NCBI GenBank assembly: GCA_965601925.1
Contig: OZ271854.1
Location: 896,001-960,000 of the forward strand
DNA from: Alkalispirochaeta sp.
GTDB lineage: Bacteria; Spirochaetota; Spirochaetia; DSM-27196; Alkalispirochaetaceae
Reading direction: 5' to 3'
DNA: 64,000 nucleotides
The translations under genes were made by a program, and so were the position numbers. The notes beneath the pieces were generated by a model. The model saw only the letters and a program-made list of their open reading frames with translations, searched no databases and was not told where the DNA came from. Below, one piece after another: positions 30,991 to 40,785 of the stretch. How positions within the stretch are numbered: position 1 is the first letter of the stretch; each line of letters begins with the position of its first letter.

Positions 30991-31338
30991 TTTCATGGGT
31001 TGAATAGAGATCGGGCTTTTCGTTGTTCTTCGGCACTGCCGGCGGTGCACTCCGGGGCTTGTCGAGAGCATTCTCGATCTCGCGGTACAGGATTATACGG
31101 AGGAGGCGAGGTTCATACGCGCAGAAGTGCGCATGGGGCCGCAAGAGCCCTACAACCTCGAAAGCCGTTTGGTAGGTGCCGTGACTATCGACGAGTATCC
31201 GTTCGTGCTCGGATACCCGCCCGAGCCCGTCTTCTATTAGGTGAGGAGGTCCGTCGGCGACGACGGCGGGCCGATGGACACCACGTCACCGTCGATACGT
31301 GACCGGAGCGCCGCAGGGCGAATCGAGGCGTCGCCGGC

Positions 31339-32805
31339 CTAAAACTGTCGCGTCCACGCCTTGGGCCAGCGCTCCACCACGACCTTGGTCTGCGTGTAGA
31401 ACTCCACACCGTGGCGTCCCTGGGCGTGCAGATCGCCGAAGAAGCTCTCGTTCCACCCGCTAAAGGGGAAAAAGGCCATCGGAGCGGCGACCCCGATGTT
31501 GATGCCGATGTTGCCGGCGTCCGCTTGGTAGCGAAACGTGCGTGCCGTCGCACCGTCTGAGGTAAAGATACACGCCATGTTGCCGTAGGCGCGTTGGTTC
31601 ACGGCGCGGATCGCGTCGTCGAGCGAGTCCGCATGCATCAGGCTCAAGACGGGACCGAAGATCTCGGTGTGCGCGATCCGGCTGTCGAACGGGACACCGT
31701 CCAATATCGTCGGAAAGATCCAGTTGCCGTCCTCGTAGCCCGAGACCGTTTTGCCGCGCCCGTCGACGAGCACGTCGATCTTTTCTTTCTCGCCCTCGGC
31801 GATGATACCCTCGATTCGCGACTTGCTTTCGGGGGTGATGACCGGCCCCATCTCGACACCGGCGTCCAGCCCGTAGCCGACGGTACGCGAGGAGGCGATG
31901 TCGGCGATCTGCTCGGTAAATGCAGCGCGCGCGCGACCGACGGTGATCGCGACACTCGCGGCAAGACAGCGTTGTCCGGCGCAGCCGAAGGCGCTGTCGG
32001 CCATGATGCGCGTCGCCGTTTCCATATCGGCGTCCGGCATGATCACGACCGGATTTTTGGCCCCGCCCTGGCACTGCGCACGTTTCCCCTGTTCGGTAGC
32101 GCGACGATACACGTATCTCGCCACCGGCGTGCTGCCGACGAAGCTGATCGCCCGGACCAAGGGGTGATCGATCAGGGCGTCGACCGTCGCTTTTCCTCCG
32201 GCAACGAGTTGGAGTACGCCCGGAGGAAAGCCGGCGATCTCGATTAACTCAAACAGCTTGGCCGAGGTCATCGGCACACGCTCACTCGGCTTCAGGATGA
32301 AACAGTTGCCGGTAGCGACCGCGTACGGCAGGAACCAGAGCGGAATCATCCCGGGAAAGTTGAACGGCGTAATCGCCGCCACGACGCCCAGGGGTTGCCG
32401 GTACATATGCTCGTCGATTCCGCCGGCGATATCCTCGTTGTTGTAACCTTGGATCAGCGCCGGTGTGCCGCACGCGACCTCCACATTTTCGATGCCGCGA
32501 CGCAGCTCTCCCACGCTTTCTTTCTTTGTCTTACCGCATTCGTTGGTGATCGTGGTCGCAAGCTCGTCCAAGTGCTCCTCAAGCAGCGCCTTGAGACGAA
32601 ACAGGTACTGAATGCGATCGGTTACCGGTGTCGCACGCCAGTCGTTAAAGGCGCGATGCGCCGCTTCCACCGCACGCTCGACCTCGGCGGCGGGAGTCAG
32701 CACCATCCGTGCCAACTGGACGCCGCTGGCGGGATTGACGACTGGGTGATAATCCGAGGCGGGTCCGTCGGACCACGTATTGTCGATGTAATTCAATATC
32801 TTCAC
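31339..32805 (-). CDS. iolA: CoA-acylating (methyl)malonate-semialdehyde dehydrogenase
   Basis: [42 protein letters not shown] and [17 protein letters not shown]. Confidence 0.9.
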   Translation of the reverse strand: MKILNYIDNTWSDGPASDYHPVVNPASGVQLARMVLTPAAEVERAVEAAHRAFNDWRATPVTDRIQYLFRLKALLEEHLDELATTITNECGKTKKESVGELRRGIENVEVACGTPALIQGYNNEDIAGGIDEHMYRQPLGVVAAITPFNFPGMIPLWFLPYAVATGNCFILKPSERVPMTSAKLFELIEIAGFPPGVLQLVAGGKATVDALIDHPLVRAISFVGSTPVARYVYRRATEQGKRAQCQGGAKNPVVIMPDADMETATRIMADSAFGCAGQRCLAASVAITVGRARAAFTEQIADIASSRTVGYGLDAGVEMGPVITPESKSRIEGIIAEGEKEKIDVLVDGRGKTVSGYEDGNWIFPTILDGVPFDSRIAHTEIFGPVLSLMHADSLDDAIRAVNQRAYGNMACIFTSDGATARTFRYQADAGNIGINIGVAAPMAFFPFSGWNESFFGDLHAQGRHGVEFYTQTKVVVERWPKAWTRQF

Positions 32806-32856
32806 GCATACGCTCCTTTTCGCGTGGTTGCCGGCGGCGGCTCCGATCGGTCGCGG

Positions 32857-33945
32857 TCAGGCGTCGGGATTCGGCAGCATGAACTCGCGAACGAGGGCGC
32901 AGAGTTCCGCGTAGCTGGCGATGAACCCACGCAGGGTGCGCACCGTCGCGCCGTAGGTGTCGAACTGTGCCGGCTCCATACCGTCGACGTCGTAGGCTTT
33001 GGCAAAGTCGTCAAACTTGTCGCGTAGCTTGGCTACAAGGTCGGAGTCGACCGGATCGTCGATTCGATTACGCACGGCGATATCCGAGCCGTTGAAGCGG
33101 ACCGCCCACTTGTACGGCATGCTGCAAATGACGTCACCGCCGATAAACTCCGACCAGTGATAGTGGTTGCGGTAGGCCGCCGCCAACAGGCGCGATCGGT
33201 AGCCGCGCTCCTGAAAGTGACGATAGGCGTGCTTCATGACCGCAACGCCGGCCCACTCGAGGTAGTCGGGATTGACGATGATATCGTGTTTGGCGGCCAG
33301 GACCTTGATCCAATCGTCGACGCGTCCCACCATGATCGTCACCACCGGCGCCATCTGCGCCGTCGATTCGCCCGCCGTCTCGCGTCGCGCGAGGCCGCGT
33401 TCGACCGCCTCGGCGACGGCGATCGCTTGCGGCACGGTGAACGAAACGGTTGCGTTGATGCTGACACCCCGATAGGTAACCTCTTCCATCGCCTCGATTC
33501 CGGCACTGGTGGCCGGGATCTTGACGTTGATGTTCGGCGCCAGTGCGGCAAACGACATCGTCTGCTCCACCAACTTGTCCTTGCTGCGGAAGTACTCGGG
33601 GTTCGTCTGGATCGAGATACGGCCTTTCAAACCGTGATGCCGGTCGAAAACCGGCCGCAGGATCGCGGCGCCGGCCTGCGCCATCTCCTCTATCACTCGC
33701 CACGCAACCTGACCTTCCGTCCACGTCGGATTGTCGCCGACGATCGTCGCGATCCGATCGCGCCACTGCTTCAACTGTTGTCGTAAAACGGTGAGGACGA
33801 TCGTGGGGTTGGTCGTCGCCCCGACCGCGCCGTGCTCGACGCCGTAGCGGAGCTCGTCGGTATTGCAGGAGTCGTTCCAGTAGTCGGTAAGTGTGGTCTG
33901 AGACATATGGTGTAACGGGCTCTTGTATGCGGTCTGCGTCGTCAT
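32857..33945 (-). CDS. Transaldolase-family protein with non-canonical active-site residues
   Basis: WNDS, GATTNP, Schiff-base NINVKIPAT, NATVSF..PQA and MVGR; directly upstream of iolA. Confidence 0.85.
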   Translation of the reverse strand: MTTQTAYKSPLHHMSQTTLTDYWNDSCNTDELRYGVEHGAVGATTNPTIVLTVLRQQLKQWRDRIATIVGDNPTWTEGQVAWRVIEEMAQAGAAILRPVFDRHHGLKGRISIQTNPEYFRSKDKLVEQTMSFAALAPNINVKIPATSAGIEAMEEVTYRGVSINATVSFTVPQAIAVAEAVERGLARRETAGESTAQMAPVVTIMVGRVDDWIKVLAAKHDIIVNPDYLEWAGVAVMKHAYRHFQERGYRSRLLAAAYRNHYHWSEFIGGDVICSMPYKWAVRFNGSDIAVRNRIDDPVDSDLVAKLRDKFDDFAKAYDVDGMEPAQFDTYGATVRTLRGFIASYAELCALVREFMLPNPDA

Positions 33946-33989
33946 GTAGGTCTCCTTTCCGACGTACGATGGTACGGTTACGGAGTGTT

Positions 33990-34027
33990 TATCATATTAT
34001 CATAATATCAGACAATATACGGTGCAA
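33990..34027 (-). promoter_or_regulatory. Sigma70 promoter of the transaldolase-iolA unit overlapped by a probable FadR/GntR operator
   Basis: On -, TTGCAC (34027-34022), 17 nt, TATGAT (34004-33999). Palindrome ATATTAT-C-ATAATAT at 33994-34008; TATCA(T/G)A repeats at 33990, 33998 and 34006. Confidence 0.65.
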
Positions 34028-34032
34028 GAGAT

Positions 34033-34767
34033 TTATCCCCTCGGACTCAAGTTAAGCAGCTTGCGGGTGCGGACAAAGTGCTCGGCGTGGCGCGCGACTG
34101 CTGCGTCTACCTGCGCTTCCTCTAAGATCTGCAAAATCTCGCCGTGGTCGACCGCTGCGTCGTGTAAGCGCGTCATACTCTTGTACGACTGCGCGATCTC
34201 CTCGGTCATAAAGGCCTGCAGCGTGTGGTAGATCGCCACGAACAATCGATTACCCCCGGCGGATATGATCTGTTCGTGGAATCGGTAGTCCGCCTCGGCG
34301 ATCGCACGCTGGTCGTCGCGCTCGGCCGCCTGAGCCATCGCCTCTACCTCGCGATGCAAGCCGGCCAACACGCTTTGCGACTCCCCATCGCCCCGCCTGA
34401 CTCCCGCGGCGAGGCGGCGGAAGCAGATCGACTCGATCGCCTCGCGGAGCTCAAACACATCGACCAAGTCGTCGTCGCCCAGAAGCAACGCCCACGTGAT
34501 CGCCTCGAGGGAGATGTGCGCTCGGTCTTTCACAAACGTCCCTTTGGCGGCCTTTGATTCCAGCACCCCGAGGTGCTGAAACACCTTCATCGCCTCGCGA
34601 ATCGACGACCGGCCGACGCCGAAGCGCGTGGCGAGCTCTTGCTCCGTCGGTAGCTTGTCCCCGGGCCGGTAGTGGTCCGAGGCGATCAGTTGCTTAAGCT
34701 GCGACATCACCTGCGCGACGACCGTCTGCTGGGTAATGAGCTGGTACTGCGGTGCTACACGATTCAT
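34033..34767 (-). CDS. FadR/GntR-family transcriptional regulator
   Basis: PGDKLPTEQELATRFGVGRSSIREA HTH; FCD domain with ADYRFH and DH. Confidence 0.93.
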   Translation of the reverse strand: MNRVAPQYQLITQQTVVAQVMSQLKQLIASDHYRPGDKLPTEQELATRFGVGRSSIREAMKVFQHLGVLESKAAKGTFVKDRAHISLEAITWALLLGDDDLVDVFELREAIESICFRRLAAGVRRGDGESQSVLAGLHREVEAMAQAAERDDQRAIAEADYRFHEQIISAGGNRLFVAIYHTLQAFMTEEIAQSYKSMTRLHDAAVDHGEILQILEEAQVDAAVARHAEHFVRTRKLLNLSPRG

Positions 34768-34906
34768 TTGCTTGGCGCCCCACCGATCACGATATGTACA
34801 AGATAGGGCGAAAATCCGTGACAGGGAATCCTTCTTTCGCCCCCCGCCGCGACCGATGACTCGGGGACGCCGCCTCCGCGTCGTGTGCGGCTCGTACGGC
34901 TCCGAC

Positions 34907-36772
34907 CTAAAACCGGCGCACGTCCGGTAGGTGCGCTTCCAGCTCCTTACGCGCCGAGCGAACCCCTGCGCTGGAGGAGACTTCCGGCACGCCGACGCGC
35001 CACCAACTCTCGTATCCCCGGGTCATCGATTTTTGCGTCACCTTCACGTCGATCACGACCGGAGCCGCAGCTCGGAGACCGGCGGTCACCGCATCGGCCA
35101 ACTCGGCAAGGGTGCGGACGGAGTAACTCTCGGCACCGTAGCCACGGGCAATCGCCGCATAATCGATCGGGAGATACCCGCCGCCGAGATCGCCGGTGGT
35201 CCGATCGCGTCGACGCCACTCGTTGCCGTAGCTCCTGATACCCTGATTGGTCTGTAGGTTATCGATGACCTGAAAGCCGTTGTTATCAAAGACGATTATG
35301 ACGATCGGCAGCGCCTCCTGAATCGCGGTGACCAACTCGCTGTGGAGCATGACAAAACCGCCGTCGCCGACCATCGCTATCGCCGGTCGCCCCGGTTCGG
35401 CGAGCTTTGCGCCGACCGTGGCGTTGATCTCGTAGCCCATGCAGCTAAAACCGTACTCCACGTGATAGCTACCGCCGCTCCGGGCGCGCCACACCCGCTG
35501 CATGTCGCCCGGCAGGCTGCCGGAGGCGCCGACAACCACCGCATCGGGGGGCAGAAGCCGTTCGTTCAGCTCACCGAGCACCCGCGTTTGGCTGAGTCCG
35601 TGCGGATCCTCGGTACGGTAGAGCCGATCGACCTCGGCGTTCCAAGCGTCAATCGCCGCGGCGGGCTCGTTACGGTAGCCTGCGGTCCACCGGCGATCGC
35701 GCAACAACGGGGTGAGCTGCTCGAGCGCCGTTCGCGCGTCGGCGATAAAGGGCTCGGCATCCATTTTGTAGGCGTCAAAATCGTTGATGTTGATCGTCGC
35801 GACGCGTAGATCGGGATTCCGAAACGCGTACTTACTGGCGGTGGTGAAATCGCCGAGCCGCGTACCGACCGCCAAAAGCAGGTCGCAGTCGCGGGCGATC
35901 ACGTTCGCCGCCTCGGTACCGGTGACGCCGATACCGCCCAGGTTCAGCGGATGGTCCCACGCGATCGTGCCTTTGCCGGCCTGCGTCTCGCCGAACGGCA
36001 CGCCGAACTCCCGGGCAAACCGATCGAACTGAGCGCCGGCGTCGCTGTACCGCACTCCCCCGCCCAGAATCAGCAACGGCCGCTTGCCCGCGGCGATGAG
36101 GTCCGCCAGCCGAGTCAGAGCGGCGGTACTCAGGGAGCGCCGTTCCAGGTGGTGTACACGCTTCTCGAGAAAGGAGACGGGGTAATCGTAGCTTTCCGCC
36201 TGAACGTCCTGCGGCAACGCCAGCGTAACCGCGCCGGTGGCCGCCGGATCGGTCAGCACTCGCATCGCGTTGATCGCCGCGCTCATCAGCTGCTCCGGAC
36301 GCCCGATACGATCCCAGTACGCGCTGACCGGCTTGAACGCATCGTTGGCACTGAGCGTCAGATCGCGCGCCGACTCCACCTGCTGCAGCACCGGATCGGG
36401 CTGGCGACAGGCGAAGGTGTCCCCGGGCAAGAGCAACAGGGGAATCCGGTTGACCGTCGCGGTGGCCGCTGCCGTCACCAGGTTCATCGCACCGGGACCG
36501 ATCGAACTGGTTGCCGCGTAAATGCGACGACGATTGTTTTGCTTTGCAAATCCGATCGCCGCGTGCGCCATACCCTGCTCGCTGTGCCCTTGGCGAAAGA
36601 TCAGTCCGTGTTGCCCCTCGACGATCGCCTCGCCCAGCCCCACAACGTTACCGTGGCCGAAGATACCGAAGATGCCCTCGACGAACTTGTACTCGGTGCC
36701 GTCGACCTCCAGATACTGGTTATCCAAAAACCGTACCAACGCCTGAGCCATCGTCAGCTTGATCGTTTTCAT
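34907..36772 (-). CDS. iolD: 3D-(3,5/4)-trihydroxycyclohexane-1,2-dione acylhydrolase (ThDP-dependent)
   Basis: MKTIKLTMAQALVRFL, GIFGHGNV, RQPDPVLQQ, HVEYGFSCMGYE, GDG and YESWWRVGV. Start ATG 36772 overlaps the iolB stop. Confidence 0.96.
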   Translation of the reverse strand: MKTIKLTMAQALVRFLDNQYLEVDGTEYKFVEGIFGIFGHGNVVGLGEAIVEGQHGLIFRQGHSEQGMAHAAIGFAKQNNRRRIYAATSSIGPGAMNLVTAAATATVNRIPLLLLPGDTFACRQPDPVLQQVESARDLTLSANDAFKPVSAYWDRIGRPEQLMSAAINAMRVLTDPAATGAVTLALPQDVQAESYDYPVSFLEKRVHHLERRSLSTAALTRLADLIAAGKRPLLILGGGVRYSDAGAQFDRFAREFGVPFGETQAGKGTIAWDHPLNLGGIGVTGTEAANVIARDCDLLLAVGTRLGDFTTASKYAFRNPDLRVATININDFDAYKMDAEPFIADARTALEQLTPLLRDRRWTAGYRNEPAAAIDAWNAEVDRLYRTEDPHGLSQTRVLGELNERLLPPDAVVVGASGSLPGDMQRVWRARSGGSYHVEYGFSCMGYEINATVGAKLAEPGRPAIAMVGDGGFVMLHSELVTAIQEALPIVIIVFDNNGFQVIDNLQTNQGIRSYGNEWRRRDRTTGDLGGGYLPIDYAAIARGYGAESYSVRTLAELADAVTAGLRAAAPVVIDVKVTQKSMTRGYESWWRVGVPEVSSSAGVRSARKELEAHLPDVRRF

Positions 36773-37632
36773 CACCTCTCCTTCCGTTCGGTTGTCCGGT
36801 GGGCAAGCACCGTTTCCAACGCCGCATCGGGCCATATCGGTGCGTCGGAGTCCATCAACCAGGTGTGCTCGCGTCGAAAGACGCGCGAATCGGGGCCGAA
36901 CCGATCGCCGGGTAGATGGGGAATCGCCCATACGTAATACAAGGCGTAACCCGGTGCCGCGCACTGAGCGTGCGTCACGCCCGGAGGGATCGCGTACGTG
37001 TCGCCGTCGGTGATCTTGTACACTTCGTCCTCGCACTCGGCGTGGCCGTGCCCGTGGGGCGGGAAGACCCGGTAGTGATAAATCTCCGGGTGGGCGTGGT
37101 CGTGAGGGGGATAGCTGGACCACTTGCCGGGAAAGTTGACCACCTCCCCCAGTACCATCTGGCTGTACGGTGCGGTGGCGGCGTCGAAGATCGTACGTAC
37201 AATGCGCGTGCCGGTCTCTTGTAAGGTGCCCTCGCCGAACCGTTCGCTACGGTAGTCTCCGGGTCGCCACAGACGCGCCGGAAACGACTCGGCGTTGGGA
37301 CGTGCCTGCACTACGAGCTCAGCCTCACCGTCCAACGCCTCGACGCGAACCTGAGCGCCGGGACCGGCGTGTAACGCAACCGGATCGTGGTCCAGCACGT
37401 TGGTACGCTCCCACTCGACGTCCGCTTCGGTGTCGCCTTCGACCCAGGTAAAGCGCACCGCACCGGTCAACAGCAGTACGGCGCGCTCGCGATCCGCATC
37501 CGACTCCCACATCTCGCCGGCGGCCAGCTTCAAGATGCCGAAGTCCATCAGCATCTCCTCGTGGGGTCCGCCGATCGCCGTGATCGGTTGATATCCCGGG
37601 GCAAACGGTCCGTCGTGTTTGATAATCGCCAT
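36772..37632 (-). CDS. iolB: 5-deoxy-glucuronate isomerase (KduI/IolB family)
   Basis: LGEVVNFPGKWSSYPPHDH..PEIYHY and HAQCAAPGYALYYVWAI. Confidence 0.9.
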   Translation of the reverse strand: MAIIKHDGPFAPGYQPITAIGGPHEEMLMDFGILKLAAGEMWESDADRERAVLLLTGAVRFTWVEGDTEADVEWERTNVLDHDPVALHAGPGAQVRVEALDGEAELVVQARPNAESFPARLWRPGDYRSERFGEGTLQETGTRIVRTIFDAATAPYSQMVLGEVVNFPGKWSSYPPHDHAHPEIYHYRVFPPHGHGHAECEDEVYKITDGDTYAIPPGVTHAQCAAPGYALYYVWAIPHLPGDRFGPDSRVFRREHTWLMDSDAPIWPDAALETVLAHRTTERKER

Positions 37633-37655
37633 ATCGGCACCTCCTAACGTCTGAA

Positions 37656-38675
37656 TCAGTACCGAACGCCGATCGCCCTCCGACTACGGAGGCTCTCAGT
37701 CGCCGCATACGCCACGGCGGTCGCCCGGGTGCCGTCCTGCACAGTCACCTCCGGCGACCGTCGGTCTCGAATACACGCGGCAAACTCGAGAAACTCGTTG
37801 CGGAACGCCTCGGCAAAGCGCTCCGGAAAGGACTGAACGACAGGCTCTCCGACACCGTCGCCGGTGTATACCACCGCGCGCGTGCTACGCGGCACCCCGT
37901 CGATCCGAATCGCACCCTCGGTACCGACGACCTCGGTCTCGATGTGATACCCGTGGGCCGCGGTGCGACCGGCATAAAACAGCCCCATCGCGTTACCGTC
38001 GAACTGCATCAGCGCCGTGGCGTTGTCCACATCGCCGACCTCGCCGAATTGCGGGTATTTGAAGGTACCGCCGATCGCGTGCACCATCCGCACCTCGGCC
38101 TGCAGCAACCAGCGCGCCAGATCGATATCGTGGATCATCATGTCGAGGAAGATCCCCCCGCTGGTGGCGGCGAACTGGATCGCACCGGCGGCAAAGCGAT
38201 CGGGGTCGAGCCCGTAGGCGCGCACCAAAAACGGCTCGCCGATGACTCCCGCGCGAATACGCTCGACCGCATAGCGGTAGGAACGGTCGTACCGCCGCAT
38301 GAATCCCAACATGAACCGCTGATCCGGATGGTCGGCCACGACCGCCTCGGCCCGGCGGCACTGTTCGATCGTCGTTCCCAACGGCTTCTCACAGAACACG
38401 TGCAGCCCGGCCTCGATCGCCATAACGATTTGATCGGTGTGAACGGCGCTGGACGAGGCGATCACCACGCCGTCAAGGTCGGCCTCCTCGATCATGCGTT
38501 CGTACTCTCCGTAGCCGGCGGCCACATCCAGCTCCGCTTGGGCGCGCGCGACCTCGGTGGCAATGGTGCTGCACACCGCGGATAGACGAACTCCCGGCAC
38601 GCCGAACCGCAGAATGCGCGCGTGCTCCAAGCCCAAGCGGCCCAGACCGACGATACCCAAACGGATCGGTGTCAC
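37656..38675 (-). CDS. Inositol dehydrogenase-like Gfo/Idh/MocA oxidoreductase (second iolG paralogue)
   Basis: GLGRLG, FCEKP, GFMRRYD and SGGIFLDMMIHDID. Confidence 0.85.
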   Translation of the reverse strand: MTPIRLGIVGLGRLGLEHARILRFGVPGVRLSAVCSTIATEVARAQAELDVAAGYGEYERMIEEADLDGVVIASSSAVHTDQIVMAIEAGLHVFCEKPLGTTIEQCRRAEAVVADHPDQRFMLGFMRRYDRSYRYAVERIRAGVIGEPFLVRAYGLDPDRFAAGAIQFAATSGGIFLDMMIHDIDLARWLLQAEVRMVHAIGGTFKYPQFGEVGDVDNATALMQFDGNAMGLFYAGRTAAHGYHIETEVVGTEGAIRIDGVPRSTRAVVYTGDGVGEPVVQSFPERFAEAFRNEFLEFAACIRDRRSPEVTVQDGTRATAVAYAATESLRSRRAIGVRY

Positions 38676-39688
38676 GGCATCACCTCGCGCACCTCGACGC
38701 GGCGAGCCTCCGCAAACGACTTTTGCGCCGCCAGCGCGATATAGATCGGTGCCAGTCCGTCCCGACCGGTGACGGGAACCGGCCCGTCGCCGTTGATCGC
38801 GGCCACAAACGCCCGCGACTCCGCGACGAACGCCTCGCCGTAGCGCTCCAAGAAGAAGTGGAGCGGGTTACGGCCGTGGCTGCCGTCTCGGTCGAAGATC
38901 TGCACGCGGTTCGACAGATCGTTCTCGACCCTGACCATTCCCGCGCTCCCGAACACCTCACTGCGTTGATCGTACCCGTAGACGGCGCGGCGACTGTTAT
39001 CGATGACCGCGATCGCGCCCGATTCGAGCCAGAGTGTGACGACCGCGGTATCGATGTCGCCGGCCGCTCCGATCGCGGGATCAACCAACACCGTCCCGGC
39101 GGCGTGCACCGCCGTCACCTCACTGGCGGAAAGAAAGCGTACCATGTCGAAATCGTGAATCATCATGTCGAGAAAGAGCCCGCCCGACGCCGCGACGTAT
39201 TCGGGGGGCGGCGGCTCCGGGTCGCGGCTAGTGATCTTAATCAGCTCGACCTTCCCGACTCGTCCCTCGCGTACCGCCCGGGCGGCCCCGGCGTGGTTGC
39301 GGTCGAATCTCCGGTTGAATCCGACCTGTAACAAGACGCCGGCCTCGCGAACCGCATCCAACGCCTCTTGAACCCGCAGCGGATCGAGATCGATCGGTTT
39401 TTCGCAAAACAGATGTTTGCCGGCTCGCGCGCCGTCGATAACGATCCGGGCGTGCGTATCGGTGCTGGAACAGACGTAAATCGCCTCGACAGCCGGATCG
39501 GACAACAGGTCGCGGTGCGACCGATAAGAGACCGGTATCCCCAACTCATCGAGCCACGGCGCTTCGGCGGCGACGGGGTCGGAGACCGCGCTCACCGTCG
39601 CCCCGGGGACGCGCTGCGTCAGCACCTCGGCGTGTAGTCGGCCGATCCGACCGATTCCGACGATGCCGATTCCAATACTACGTTCCAT
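38672..39688 (-). CDS. iolG: myo-Inositol 2-dehydrogenase
   Basis: GIGRIG, FCEKP, GFNRRFD, SRDP.PPP.EY, GGLFLDMMIHDFD, YGYDQR and FFLERY. Confidence 0.9.
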   Translation of the reverse strand: MERSIGIGIVGIGRIGRLHAEVLTQRVPGATVSAVSDPVAAEAPWLDELGIPVSYRSHRDLLSDPAVEAIYVCSSTDTHARIVIDGARAGKHLFCEKPIDLDPLRVQEALDAVREAGVLLQVGFNRRFDRNHAGAARAVREGRVGKVELIKITSRDPEPPPPEYVAASGGLFLDMMIHDFDMVRFLSASEVTAVHAAGTVLVDPAIGAAGDIDTAVVTLWLESGAIAVIDNSRRAVYGYDQRSEVFGSAGMVRVENDLSNRVQIFDRDGSHGRNPLHFFLERYGEAFVAESRAFVAAINGDGPVPVTGRDGLAPIYIALAAQKSFAEARRVEVREVMP

Positions 39689-39725
39689 CTTACATTCCTT
39701 TCCCGGGCTCTCCGCGTTCCGCGGA

Positions 39726-40760
39726 CTACCCGCACCCGCAGGTACTACTCGAATCTCTCACGACCAGCTGCGGTTGCAGCGAGATATGTCGCGGTCGGTG
39801 CAAACGACCGCCGGCTCGATCCTCAATCATCTCGATAAGGCGCTCGCACGTCATAAACGCAACCGCCTCCGACGGTTGTCGCACCGTGGTAAGGGACGGG
39901 TGTAATATCGCGGCCAAGGGCGTATCATCGTACCCGACCACCGCGATATCGTCGGGCACCGAGAGCCCCGCGGCGGCGCACCCTTGGATCGCACCGATCG
40001 CCAACAGGTCGTTCAGTGCAAACACCGCGTCGGCGCGGCGAATCGTATCGAGATTGTCGCTCACCAGCCGGTACCCGGTTTCCAGCGAAAAATCGCCGTT
40101 GACGACCTCGATCTCTGTGGCCCGATCGGCGTGGGTGAGCGCCTTGCGAAGCCCGTCGGCGCGTTGACGAAACTCCAGCGCACGATCGGGATCCCCCAGC
40201 ACGACGATCCGACGATAGCCGCAACAGTAGAAATGGTCCCCGACCAACATACCGCCGCGCTCGTGGTCGACAAAGACCCAATCGACGTCGGGCCGCGCCG
40301 ACTCGGGCGGATAGTGCGAAAAGACGTACGGAGTCTCGGTCTCCTTCAAGAACGCCTCGGTCTGCGATTCGATCGCGGTGCCGATGATAATCAGACCGTC
40401 GACCTTTCCGCGCCGTACGATCCGGCCGATGTTGTCCGAATGGTCGTTGCGGTTGCGGGCAAAGCCGACGATCAAGTCCAGTCCGGCGCGCTCCAGGGCG
40501 CGACGCAGATTGTTGTGCAGACTGGAGTGGTAGAGCTGCACGTGAAAATGGTCAAACTCTTCCGGCAAGATGACGCCGATCGTACCGACGCGCCGCGTGA
40601 CCATCCCACGGGCACCGGCGTTGAACTCGAAGCCCTGCCGATCGGCGATCGACTTGATGCGTCGCTTGGTCGCCTCGGCTACCAGTGGGCTGTCGTTCAG
40701 ACTACGGGACACGGTGGACACGCTTACCCCCGCGATCTGCGCAATATCCTTGATCGTCAT
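39726..40760 (-). CDS. LacI-family regulator of the inositol cluster
   Basis: MTIKDIAQIAGVSVSTVSRSLN, VPDDIAVVGYDD and LTTVRQP. Confidence 0.94.
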   Translation of the reverse strand: MTIKDIAQIAGVSVSTVSRSLNDSPLVAEATKRRIKSIADRQGFEFNAGARGMVTRRVGTIGVILPEEFDHFHVQLYHSSLHNNLRRALERAGLDLIVGFARNRNDHSDNIGRIVRRGKVDGLIIIGTAIESQTEAFLKETETPYVFSHYPPESARPDVDWVFVDHERGGMLVGDHFYCCGYRRIVVLGDPDRALEFRQRADGLRKALTHADRATEIEVVNGDFSLETGYRLVSDNLDTIRRADAVFALNDLLAIGAIQGCAAAGLSVPDDIAVVGYDDTPLAAILHPSLTTVRQPSEAVAFMTCERLIEMIEDRAGGRLHRPRHISLQPQLVVRDSSSTCGCG

Positions 40761-40785
40761 GTATGCCTCGCGTCGCCGCCATCGT

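Noticed and set aside
30991..31338. Intergenic gap as a possible ncRNA or small ORF
   Set aside because: No recognisable RNA motif, SD-led ORF or repeat; it lies between convergent genes.
36773..37123. Apparent 116-aa N-terminal extension of IolD, and similar extensions of GDH, DeoR, DctM, OppC, HEPN and SgcJ ORFs
   Set aside because: These come from choosing the most upstream start. SD or -10 positions and family N-termini support the shorter starts.
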